Shown one piece after another: positions 48,194 through 56,228 of a DNA stretch of 64,000 nt. Numbering within the stretch: position 1 is the first letter of the stretch; every line of letters starts with the position of its first letter. Made by a program: the position numbers and the translations under genes. The stretch is taken from contig CBDCKW010000009.1 in assembly GCA_965218435.1 (NCBI GenBank), positions 320,001 through 384,000 on the forward strand. Direction: 5' to 3'. The notes beneath the pieces are model-generated. The model was not told where the DNA came from. It searched no databases and was given only the letters and a program-made list of their open reading frames with translations. The stretch comes from Truepera sp. (GTDB taxonomy: Bacteria; Deinococcota; Deinococci; Deinococcales; Trueperaceae).

Positions 48194-49144
48194 ATGACAG
48201 CTGACAAAACCCTACCTTACGAACTGTGGGACGTATTTACGACCGAACCTTTTTACGGTAACCCGCTAGCGGTCGTGCCGGACGCGGGCGGCCTCAGTGA
48301 CGCGCAGCTGCAACGCGTCGCCAACGAGTTTGACCTCTCAGAAACGAGTTTTGTCTTTCCTTCGGAAGCTGCTGATGTTCGTGCTCGCTACTTTACGCCG
48401 ACGCAAGAATTGCCGATGGCGGGGCATCCGAGTGTCGGGACAGTCTTTGCGTTGGCAAACCGAGGCAAGTTGGTGGGCAAAGACGAGGTGACGCTGACGT
48501 TAAAGGTCGGCCCCATCAAGATGACGTTAGAGCGTGAGGGCGACACCTTAAACCGTGTGTGGATGAATCAGGGTGTACCGGAGCTGTTAGACACGTTTGA
48601 CAAAGCGAACGTAGCAGCGGCGCTCGGGTTGAGTGAAGGAGAGCTCGAGCCCGACTTACCCGTTCAACTCGGTAGTGCCGGAAATCCATTTTTGCTCGTT
48701 CCGGTTCGTTCTTTGGACGCGCTGGCACGGGCGCAGGTATCGCTACCTGAACTATCTAAACTTTTACGTGGCGAACATCGGGCGGTCTTTGCCTTTACCC
48801 GTCACACTTCTAAGTCTGATGTTCGGGCGCGGATGATAACCGCTAAAGTTACCGAGCAAAAAACTGACAAGGATGTGCCCAATATTCGGGCACGGATGCT
48901 GGGCGCGGCCCTCGGCGTCTATGAAGACCCCGCGACCGGCAGCGCCCACGGGCCGCTCGGAGCGTATTTGGCGGCTTACACGGACATCTTGCAAGGCAAC
49001 GAGGCTGAGTTTGTGAGTCATCAAGGCGTTGAGATGGGCCGAAAAAGTGAGCTGTTCGTACGGTTAAAACGAGTCGAGATGGGTGTCGAGGTCTCGGTCG
49101 GCGGTGCCGCCGTAAAAGTTGGGGAAGGTCAGCTCTTTTTGTGA
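48194..49144 (+). CDS. PhzF-family isomerase
   Basis: DVFT...GNPLAV, LSETSF, ELPMAGHP, EDPATGSA, QGVEMGR. Confidence 0.95.
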   Translation: MTADKTLPYELWDVFTTEPFYGNPLAVVPDAGGLSDAQLQRVANEFDLSETSFVFPSEAADVRARYFTPTQELPMAGHPSVGTVFALANRGKLVGKDEVTLTLKVGPIKMTLEREGDTLNRVWMNQGVPELLDTFDKANVAAALGLSEGELEPDLPVQLGSAGNPFLLVPVRSLDALARAQVSLPELSKLLRGEHRAVFAFTRHTSKSDVRARMITAKVTEQKTDKDVPNIRARMLGAALGVYEDPATGSAHGPLGAYLAAYTDILQGNEAEFVSHQGVEMGRKSELFVRLKRVEMGVEVSVGGAAVKVGEGQLFL

Positions 49145-49168
49145 TCGCTGTTAGAAAAGTCTTGATAG

Positions 49169-49855
49169 ATGGCTGAACGGCTGCAAAAGTTTCTCTCGAG
49201 GGCCGGAGTCGCCAGCCGCCGTAAAGCTGAAACGCTGATTCGTGAGGGCAAAGTGACGGTCAACGGCGTCCGCGCTGAGCTCGGGCAACAGGTCGAACCG
49301 GACGACGAGGTACGTGTAGACGGTGTTCGGGCAGAAGTGCAGCAGCACGTGACCTATCTGCTCTACAAACCCGTGGGTGTCCTCTCATCGGTGTCGGACG
49401 ACCGGGGCCGGGAAACGGTCATTGACCTGTTGCCGAAAGTACCGGGGCTGCATCCGGTCGGGAGGCTTGACCTCGAGTCCGAAGGTCTCTTACTCATAAC
49501 CAATGACGGGGCGCTCACCTTGCAACTCACGCACCCGCGGTATGAACACGAAAAAGAGTACCGGGTGTGGTGCGACGCGCCGCTTTCCGAACGCGACATG
49601 CACGCGCTCAGAAGTGGCGTCGAACTGGACGATGGCCCTGCAAGAGCTTTTACGGCGCACCTTTCGCCCGGTGGCTGCACTGTCGTTTTACGGGAAGGGC
49701 GTAACCGTGAAGTGCGGCGGATGCTCGGGGCGCTCGGGTTTGACGTGACGCGCCTGCTCCGTACCCGCGTCGCCCACTTGACGTTGGGTGACTTGGGGCT
49801 GGGTGACTACCGAGAACTTACCGAGACCGACCTCAAACCGCTGGGCATATACTAG
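49169..49855 (+). CDS. RsuA/RluB-family rRNA pseudouridine synthase
   Basis: S4 domain RLQKFL..AG.ASRR, VGRLD, EGRNREVRRM. Confidence 0.95.
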   Translation: MAERLQKFLSRAGVASRRKAETLIREGKVTVNGVRAELGQQVEPDDEVRVDGVRAEVQQHVTYLLYKPVGVLSSVSDDRGRETVIDLLPKVPGLHPVGRLDLESEGLLLITNDGALTLQLTHPRYEHEKEYRVWCDAPLSERDMHALRSGVELDDGPARAFTAHLSPGGCTVVLREGRNREVRRMLGALGFDVTRLLRTRVAHLTLGDLGLGDYRELTETDLKPLGIY

Positions 49856-50079
49856 GTTCTGTCTTTCAGAATCAACTGGAAGCGTTTACAATGTGCTCCG
49901 AAAAAGAAGTAAGCATTCAGCATAAAGAATTTAGAGGTCGGTAGCTTGACACAAATAACTTTGATTAAGGCAACTATGTTAAAGACAACTTTGCTAAGGA
50001 CAGCGGCGCTTTTCACGTACTTAAACCGTAACGCCAAAAGCAAAACTCAATATAGCTTAGCTGACACGCGGGGTCTTCG

Positions 50080-50616
50080 GTGACGATTTTCAAGCAGGGT
50101 AGCGGTTCGGTCCAACTCTCTGAAGACCAGGTCAAAGCGCGGGTGCAGGAGCTGGGTCAGGAGATTACCACCGCGTATCAAGACCAACCGTTACACCTGA
50201 TTTGCGTCTTAAACGGCGCATTTATCTTTATGGCCGACCTCGTGCGGGCGATTGACCTGCCGCTGACGCTCGACTTTATGGCAGTGTCGTCGTATGGCTC
50301 GCGGACTGAAAGCTCAGGTGAGGTGCGGCTCACCAAAGACCTCGACCAATCACTTAAAAATAAACACGTGATTTTGGTTGAAGACATCGTAGATACGGGC
50401 CTTACGATGAAATACCTGCTGAGCTATTTGCAGGGACGCGGGCCGCTCTCAGTCAAGGTGGCGACGCTTTTATCGAAACCCTCGAGGCGGCAAGTAGACG
50501 TGCCCCTGGACTTTGTGGGCTTCGACATTGATGACGCTTTTGTCTATGGTTACGGCTTAGATGTGGCGCACCAGTACCGCAATTTGCCCTTTGTCACGAG
50601 CCAGGAAACCGAGTAA
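50080..50616 (+). CDS. hpt: Hypoxanthine phosphoribosyltransferase
   Basis: VLNGAFIFMADL, SSYG, VEDIVDTGLT, FVYGYGLD. Confidence 0.97.
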   Translation: MTIFKQGSGSVQLSEDQVKARVQELGQEITTAYQDQPLHLICVLNGAFIFMADLVRAIDLPLTLDFMAVSSYGSRTESSGEVRLTKDLDQSLKNKHVILVEDIVDTGLTMKYLLSYLQGRGPLSVKVATLLSKPSRRQVDVPLDFVGFDIDDAFVYGYGLDVAHQYRNLPFVTSQETE

Positions 50617-50619
50617 CCG

Positions 50620-51795
50620 GTGGCTCACACCTTCCGTACCGACCAAAGGGGCCACCGCGCCAAACGCCGGCGGCGTGTTCTCCTTGTGCTGTTGCTCGGG
50701 CTGCTCGTCTTTTATTCGCTGGCGCTCTCGCAAGGTTGGCTCGACCGGGTTGCGCCGCAACTAGAAGCCCAAATCCCGAACCGTGTTGCTGCTGACGGAA
50801 AGTTTGAGGTGCTAGTCAGCTCGAGCGAACCCGTCGTTTATACCTACACTTACGGCGGCCAAACCGCCGAGGCTGTGACACAAAACCTGCGCCTAAACTT
50901 GAGCGCCCAAGCAGGGGAGAACGTGCTCGAGGTGACCGCGACGGATGGCGCTGATAACAAAACGACGGCTCGGTATATCGTCGTCGGCGTTCCTGCGCCG
51001 AAAGTCGCAGCTCAAACGACCCAAACCGCTGTCGCCGGTGACCCGGTGGGGGTGAGGCTCGAATATAGCTCCAACCCAAAAATTGAGCAGGTTTCAACCA
51101 CGTTAAACGGTCAACCTGTACCGACCTTTTGGAACCGCACCGGCGCAATCGCGTTCGGCGGTGTGCCGCTCAGTTCGGAAACGAGCACCCTGCCGCTGGA
51201 GATTTCACTTACCGATGAGTTCGGCCGGGTGACCAAATTGTCACGCACCGTCGCTGTCTCCGCCGACCCGCGCAGCGTTGAACTTTTGAACCTTTCGCCT
51301 GAAGTCCTGAGCAGTTCGACACCGGAAAACAAGGCGCTCGAGGAGGCCACCCTCACCGCCGCCTACGCCAAAAGCGCCCCGTACCCGGACTGGCGGCGTC
51401 CTTTTATGCTCCCCGTTAACGGCATCACCACGAGCAGCTTCGGCGCGTCGCGGCAGTACGGCCCCGGCGGAAATATCTCGTACCATCAGGGCGCAGACCT
51501 CGCCGCACCTGAAGGCACGCCCGTTCACGCAACGAACGTCGGGACGGTACGCGTCGCCGGGTTTTATCCCATCAAAGGCGGGCTGATTGTGATTGACCAC
51601 GGTGGTGGCATCTTTAGCCTTTACTTTCACCAGTCAAAACTGCTGGTCAAAGTGGGGGAGACCGTGAAACGCGGTCAAGTTATTGGAGAAGTCGGGACGA
51701 CCGGGCTTTCGACGGGGCCGCACCTCCACTGGGAGATGCGCGTGGATGAGGAGGCGACGAATCCGCTCGAGTGGGTGGGGAAGGTCATTCCGTGA
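50620..51795 (+). CDS. Membrane-anchored M23 metallopeptidase
   Basis: N-terminal TM, H.G.D (HQGAD), YFHQS, STGPHLHWE. Confidence 0.93.
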   Translation: MAHTFRTDQRGHRAKRRRRVLLVLLLGLLVFYSLALSQGWLDRVAPQLEAQIPNRVAADGKFEVLVSSSEPVVYTYTYGGQTAEAVTQNLRLNLSAQAGENVLEVTATDGADNKTTARYIVVGVPAPKVAAQTTQTAVAGDPVGVRLEYSSNPKIEQVSTTLNGQPVPTFWNRTGAIAFGGVPLSSETSTLPLEISLTDEFGRVTKLSRTVAVSADPRSVELLNLSPEVLSSSTPENKALEEATLTAAYAKSAPYPDWRRPFMLPVNGITTSSFGASRQYGPGGNISYHQGADLAAPEGTPVHATNVGTVRVAGFYPIKGGLIVIDHGGGIFSLYFHQSKLLVKVGETVKRGQVIGEVGTTGLSTGPHLHWEMRVDEEATNPLEWVGKVIP

Positions 51796-51841
51796 AGTCC
51801 TTGTGCAACCTATTTCTGAGTATTTTGTCTAGGAGACTATT

Positions 51842-52147
51842 CTGATAGCTAAATGGTTTTCTCTTGCTGGCTTAACTTTCGATATAGTTGGAGTCATTGC
51901 GCTGATAGGAAACGAAATCCTGACGCGCCGTAAAGAGGCTGCTGAAGATAACCTACCGGAAGACTTCTATGCCAAGTACTTAATATTTGATGATAAGCCT
52001 ATCCGAGCCAATACTGAAGCGGAAGATACTTACGACAGAGCTAGGGGAGCGTTCTTACCCCGTCGTGCTTTGGTTACAGCAATAGTCAGCTCAATTTTAA
52101 TCGTGGCAGGTTTTGTTTTGCAGGCAGTGGGAGTCGTTTTAGATTAG
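51842..52147 (+). CDS. Uncalled 2-TM membrane protein with non-canonical start (CTG 51842 or ATT 51839)
   Basis: AGGAG at 51831; open frame LIAKWFSLAGLTFDIVGVIALIG...ALVTAIVSSILIVAGFVLQAVGVVLD-stop, 101 aa. Confidence 0.6.
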   Translation: MIAKWFSLAGLTFDIVGVIALIGNEILTRRKEAAEDNLPEDFYAKYLIFDDKPIRANTEAEDTYDRARGAFLPRRALVTAIVSSILIVAGFVLQAVGVVLD

Positions 52148-52180
52148 CCCTTTTCGATGGGTAAGTCCTGAAGAGTTATC

Positions 52181-52203
52181 TAGCATGGTATCCGTGCTAC
52201 TAT
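52181..52203 (+). promoter_or_regulatory. HigBA promoter/operator candidate
   Basis: Imperfect palindrome TAGCATGG-TAT-CCGTGCTA overlapping -10 TACTAT, 6 nt before GTG. Confidence 0.6.
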
Positions 52204-52209
52204 GTCTAA

Positions 52210-52503
52210 GTGATTCGCTCGTTCAAAGATTCGGGTACTGAAGACATCTTTAACGGCGAAAACACCAAAGCTGCCCGAAAAACTTGTCCCGAAACGATTT
52301 GGAAAATAGCTGGTAGAAAACTCGACCAACTTGACTCGGTGGAGTCTTTGGACGAACTTAAAATTCCTCCGGCTAACCGTTTAGAAGCACTTAAAGGCGA
52401 CCGCAAAGGGCAATGCAGCATCCGTATCAACGACAAATATCGTATCTGTTTCGTCTGGGAAGATGACGAGCCTGAAGACGTAGAAATCGTGGATTACCAC
52501 TAG
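52210..52503 (+). CDS. higB: HigB toxin (RelE superfamily)
   Basis: MIRSFKD, PPANRLEALKGDRKGQ.SIRIN.KYRICFVW, EIVDYH. Confidence 0.93.
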   Translation: MIRSFKDSGTEDIFNGENTKAARKTCPETIWKIAGRKLDQLDSVESLDELKIPPANRLEALKGDRKGQCSIRINDKYRICFVWEDDEPEDVEIVDYH

Positions 52504-52516
52504 AAAGGATTTGCTT

Positions 52517-52828
52517 ATGGTCAGAGTACCGACAAAACGCCAACCAACCCATCCCGGTGAGATGTTGTCAGAAGAGTTTCTGATACCCATGAACCTGACC
52601 CAGCGTGAACTTGCGACTGCAATTCGCGTACCGTATCAGCGTCTTAACGAAATTGTCAACGGACGCAGGGGAATAACGCCCAGCACTGCTCTGCGGCTAT
52701 CCAGATTTTTTGGCAACTCTGCTGGTTTTTGGCTGAATCTGCAAACACGTTGGGATTTGTATCAGGCGCAGCAAGTCGAGAGCGACATTATTCAGAGCAT
52801 TGAGCCTTACAGCCTACACTTACATTAA
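52517..52828 (+). CDS. higA: HigA antitoxin (XRE HTH)
   Basis: PTHPGEML.EEFL, NEIVNGRRGITPSTALRL, FWLNLQ. Confidence 0.93.
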   Translation: MVRVPTKRQPTHPGEMLSEEFLIPMNLTQRELATAIRVPYQRLNEIVNGRRGITPSTALRLSRFFGNSAGFWLNLQTRWDLYQAQQVESDIIQSIEPYSLHLH

Positions 52829-52859
52829 CAAGAGCAAAAGTTTTACGAAGGAGGTTAGC

Positions 52860-53513
52860 ATGGCAAAAGACGATCTGAAACCTGAATATGATTTCAGCAG
52901 ACTCGGTAACTCCATAAGAGACAAGTATGCCGAAGCATACAAAATGACTCAATTTGCTTTCATCGGCCCTAAGCCGGATTTGTTTCAGCTCGAGATTGAG
53001 GGCGAGCGTATCCGCCTTATCAGTATCACCGAAGCGTTTGCGGAGGACATTTTTACCGAGTTCAGCAGCGACATCACGACCTACATGACTCCTAAACCCG
53101 CTGATTCTATCGAAGAAACAAAAGCTTTTGTCCGCTCGAGCCTAGCAGCGTTCGGTGAAGGGGATAATCTTCAGCTGGTCATTTTAGACAAAACCACGGG
53201 TGCATTTCTCGGTTGTTGCGGTTTACACGGTAGAGATGATGTCAAAAATCCTGAAATCGGCATCTGGCTTAAAAAATCTGCTCATGGCAAAGCTTTGGGG
53301 AAAGAAGCGGTTTGGACACTCGTTTACTGGGCGCAAGACCATATGCACATTGACTCTTTTATCTACCCCGTTGATAAGCGAAACCAGCCCAGTCGTAACA
53401 TCCCTATCTCGTTAGGTGGCCAGGTTATAGAAGAAAAGGTTGACAAAGGTATGGCGGGCAATGTGCTTGACGAAGTGGTTTACAGAATATCTTTACCGTT
53501 GCCTATTTCCTAA
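52860..53513 (+). CDS. RimJ/RimL-type GNAT acetyltransferase with an antitoxin-like N-terminal stub
   Basis: GGAGG RBS; MAKDDLKPEYDFS...IRDKY leader; GNAT core PEIGIWL....HGKALGKEA...N.PS. Confidence 0.8.
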   Translation: MAKDDLKPEYDFSRLGNSIRDKYAEAYKMTQFAFIGPKPDLFQLEIEGERIRLISITEAFAEDIFTEFSSDITTYMTPKPADSIEETKAFVRSSLAAFGEGDNLQLVILDKTTGAFLGCCGLHGRDDVKNPEIGIWLKKSAHGKALGKEAVWTLVYWAQDHMHIDSFIYPVDKRNQPSRNIPISLGGQVIEEKVDKGMAGNVLDEVVYRISLPLPIS

Positions 53514-53592
53514 TTGGATGCTATAGAGGATTTAGACTTCTAAGCCTAAGTAAGTAGGGAAGGTTGTTCCATAAAGATTATGTCTATCTTGC

Positions 53593-54669
53593 CTAAGTAC
53601 GGGACAAAAAGTGAATACAGAGAAGCAGGTCGTCATGCTTGAGGTGTAGATTCTTAAGCAGATGCCTGAGATAGTCAAGACCGTGACGGAAGAAAGACTT
53701 TTCTCTGCGTAGGTGAGACTTGATACGCAGAAGCTTTCGTTTGCTGTCGTGGAGCCATTCACCTACATGATGCGCCCAGGTAAAAGCCAGAGCCAAGAGG
53801 GTAAAAAGGGTATCGAGTTTATAAAGCCGAGTAAGGTGGCTAGCTTCAAGCTCAAAGCCGGTTGTTTTCAAGGCGGAAAAAAGCATTTCGATCTCCCACC
53901 TACGCTTGTAAACCACAAAGGCTTGAGCAGGCGCACGGTTGGTGACAACTATGAGGTAATCGCTACCAGAGAGCTTCATACCAGCGGCACGCAAGTTACA
54001 GCCGTAAAAGCCATAGCTATTGTTTAGAACCTTGAGTTCGCCTATAGCTAAGTGGGCGAAAAGCGCACGAACGGGACACCAGTTGTCACATAGGCTGTCT
54101 TTACGGATACGAATGGCAAAAGGAACCTGGCGTTTATCCAGATAGTTAATCCAGGTTACTCCGATAAACTCCCTATCAGCCAAGAAAAACGCTACGTCTT
54201 TGGAGGCTATAAGCTCGAAAAAACATTGGAGCAGGCTGATACGTTCTTCACTAGATGAATTTCCACCTTTATTCAGAAACGACCATACGATAGGAAAAGC
54301 AACACCTCTATGGGCTATGGCAATCACTAGAATGTTGATGTCGAGGCTGCCAAACTGCCAGTTCGTGCGGTCAACGCAGACGGTGTAAGGCGGTGGTGGT
54401 AGCAAGTTGAGGATAAACTGAGCAACTTTCACCTTGTCTAAGCGTACTTCTGTAAAAAATCGCTTGATGCGACGGTACGCTGATTCTGGCTCCGCTCTAC
54501 CCTGAAATGCTAAGCTCAGACTTACTAGGTTGACCGTCTTCTCTTGAATCAGTACGAGTAGCAACGTGCTCAGGCATGTCAGCCTTGCTCCATTCATAGG
54601 CAACTTTGCCGCTAGTATTTGTTTCAGGCTTGTCTTATGCTGATAATGGCTTCCACGAGATTCTTTCAC
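53593..54669 (-). CDS. IS4-family DDE transposase
   Basis: DRTNW, ADREF, YREK motif YKRRWEIEMLFSALK; stop codon lies inside the TIR. Confidence 0.93.
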   Translation of the reverse strand: MKESRGSHYQHKTSLKQILAAKLPMNGARLTCLSTLLLVLIQEKTVNLVSLSLAFQGRAEPESAYRRIKRFFTEVRLDKVKVAQFILNLLPPPPYTVCVDRTNWQFGSLDINILVIAIAHRGVAFPIVWSFLNKGGNSSSEERISLLQCFFELIASKDVAFFLADREFIGVTWINYLDKRQVPFAIRIRKDSLCDNWCPVRALFAHLAIGELKVLNNSYGFYGCNLRAAGMKLSGSDYLIVVTNRAPAQAFVVYKRRWEIEMLFSALKTTGFELEASHLTRLYKLDTLFTLLALAFTWAHHVGEWLHDSKRKLLRIKSHLRREKSFFRHGLDYLRHLLKNLHLKHDDLLLCIHFLSRT

Positions 54670-54721
54670 ACAGCTATTCTCGCTCAGGAAGCCTTTTTCC
54701 TTTGATTTGTCCCGTACTTAG
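53593..54721 (-). mobile_element. IS4-family insertion sequence, apparently intact
   Basis: Perfect 16-bp TIRs CTAAGTACGGGACAAA (53593-53608 and 54706-54721) enclosing the transposase. Confidence 0.93.
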
Positions 54722-54736
54722 AAGTGGTTTATAAAA

Positions 54737-55661
54737 TAGACCTCCGGCGAAAGTAGCTCGAAGATGACAACATGTAAAGATGCGCGAACAAACAGCACGG
54801 AGTCTAAAGTTGTCACCTGAGAAGTTCAAACGCAAACTTGGGGTCAAGCCCACCACTTTCAGAACGATGCTGGAGTTACTTAAAGCGAGAGAGGGGCGGA
54901 AGAAGAAACGCGGACGAACTCCCGCGCTGTGTCTTGAAGACCAACTTGTACTGACCCTATCGTTTTTACGAGAATACCGAACCCACTTTCACTTGTCAGA
55001 AGATTGGGGCGTAGACGAGAGCACCGTGCGGCGCACCATAGAACGCGTCGAAGACGCCCTCATCAGCTCGGGTAAGTTCACACTGCCGGGACGCAAAGCG
55101 TTGCGTGACGACCAGACGCTAGAAGTTGTGGTAGTGGATATTGCCGAGTCGCCGGTTGAACGTCCCAAAAAAACAAAGTGCCCCAAGCGCAGCGGCAGGG
55201 TAGCGGCGTTACTACTCGGGTAAGAAGAAACGACACACGCAAAAGAGCCAAGTATTTGTTGCACAAAACAGTCAGCGCATCCTATGTACGGCTTATGGCA
55301 AAGGCCGAGCACACGACTTCAAGTTATTGACACAAAGCCGCTGCGCTACGGTGCTCGCGCCAAACACCGAACTTCTTTCTGATAGCGGCTTTCAGGGCGT
55401 GGCTAAGCTTCATCCCAAAAGCCGTACCCCGCATAAACGTTGGAAGGGTAACGTACTTACCCCAGAGCAACAGCTACATAACCGCATCCTAGCTAAAGAA
55501 CGCATCCTCGCTGAACACGTCATTCGTAAGCTTAAGGTCTGGCGTATCCTCAAAGAAACCTATCGTCATCGGCGCAGGCGCTTTGGACTTCGGCTTAATC
55601 TCATTGCTGCTCTCTACAACCATGATCTACAAGCCATTGTGTGACTTTCGCCGGAGGTCTA
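54737..55661 (+). mobile_element. IS5-family (ISL2/IS702-like) element with disrupted transposase
   Basis: Inverted repeats TAGACCTCCGGCGAAAGT / ACTTTCGCCGGAGGTCTA (terminal TA may be the target duplication); orfA ...LREYRT.FHL...ERPKK; orfB YYSGKKKRHT...DSGFQG...EHVIRKLK; in-frame TAG at 55201 in orfB. Confidence 0.9.
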
Positions 55662-55781
55662 ATGTCTTTACCACAGGTGTTGCGAAGAGAGTTGAATTGT
55701 TCTTCAATATAAATTTGAAGTAGATAAGTCTGCTGACTATCTTAAAACCGGTGAATCGCTTGAGCTTGATATACTGTTGCC

Positions 55782-55970
55782 ATGAAACAAAGATATATCT
55801 ACTGGCAAGATGACGAAATGTGGCTGGGGTATCTGGAAGACTATCCCGACTACTGGACGCAAGGCAAAAGTGAAGCAGAACTCCGCGCTAACCTTACTGA
55901 CATCTTCAAAGATTTGAGCAGCGGCGCAGTCCCAAATGTCCGCCGGGTAGCTGAACTCGATGTTGCGTGA
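55782..55970 (+). CDS. Short HicB-like antitoxin (no DNA-binding domain)
   Basis: YWQD..MWLGYL.DYPDY.TQG.S..EL..NL; GTGA overlap with hicA. Confidence 0.82.
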   Translation: MKQRYIYWQDDEMWLGYLEDYPDYWTQGKSEAELRANLTDIFKDLSSGAVPNVRRVAELDVA

Positions 55971-56152
55971 AACGGCGTGACCTTATCAGACGTCTTGAGG
56001 AGCTAGGGTGCGAGTTTGTACGTCATGGCGGAAACCACGACTGGTATATAAATCCGCGTACAAAGATGTCGCAACCTATACCTAGACACCGTGAAGTCAA
56101 AGACCGACTTGCTCGCCATATCATCAAAATGCTTGATGACGACAACGCCTAA
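55967..56152 (+). CDS. hicA: HicA-family mRNA interferase toxin
   Basis: MKRRDLIRRLEELGC...RHGGNHDWY.NP.....PIPRH.E. Confidence 0.9.
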   Translation: MKRRDLIRRLEELGCEFVRHGGNHDWYINPRTKMSQPIPRHREVKDRLARHIIKMLDDDNA

Positions 56153-56228
56153 GGGTCGCACCGCTCTGCCCACTCTGTTCTGAACAGTTTCTCGCGTCTC
56201 CCTCTCCCGGCTTGGTAGACTCACCTAC

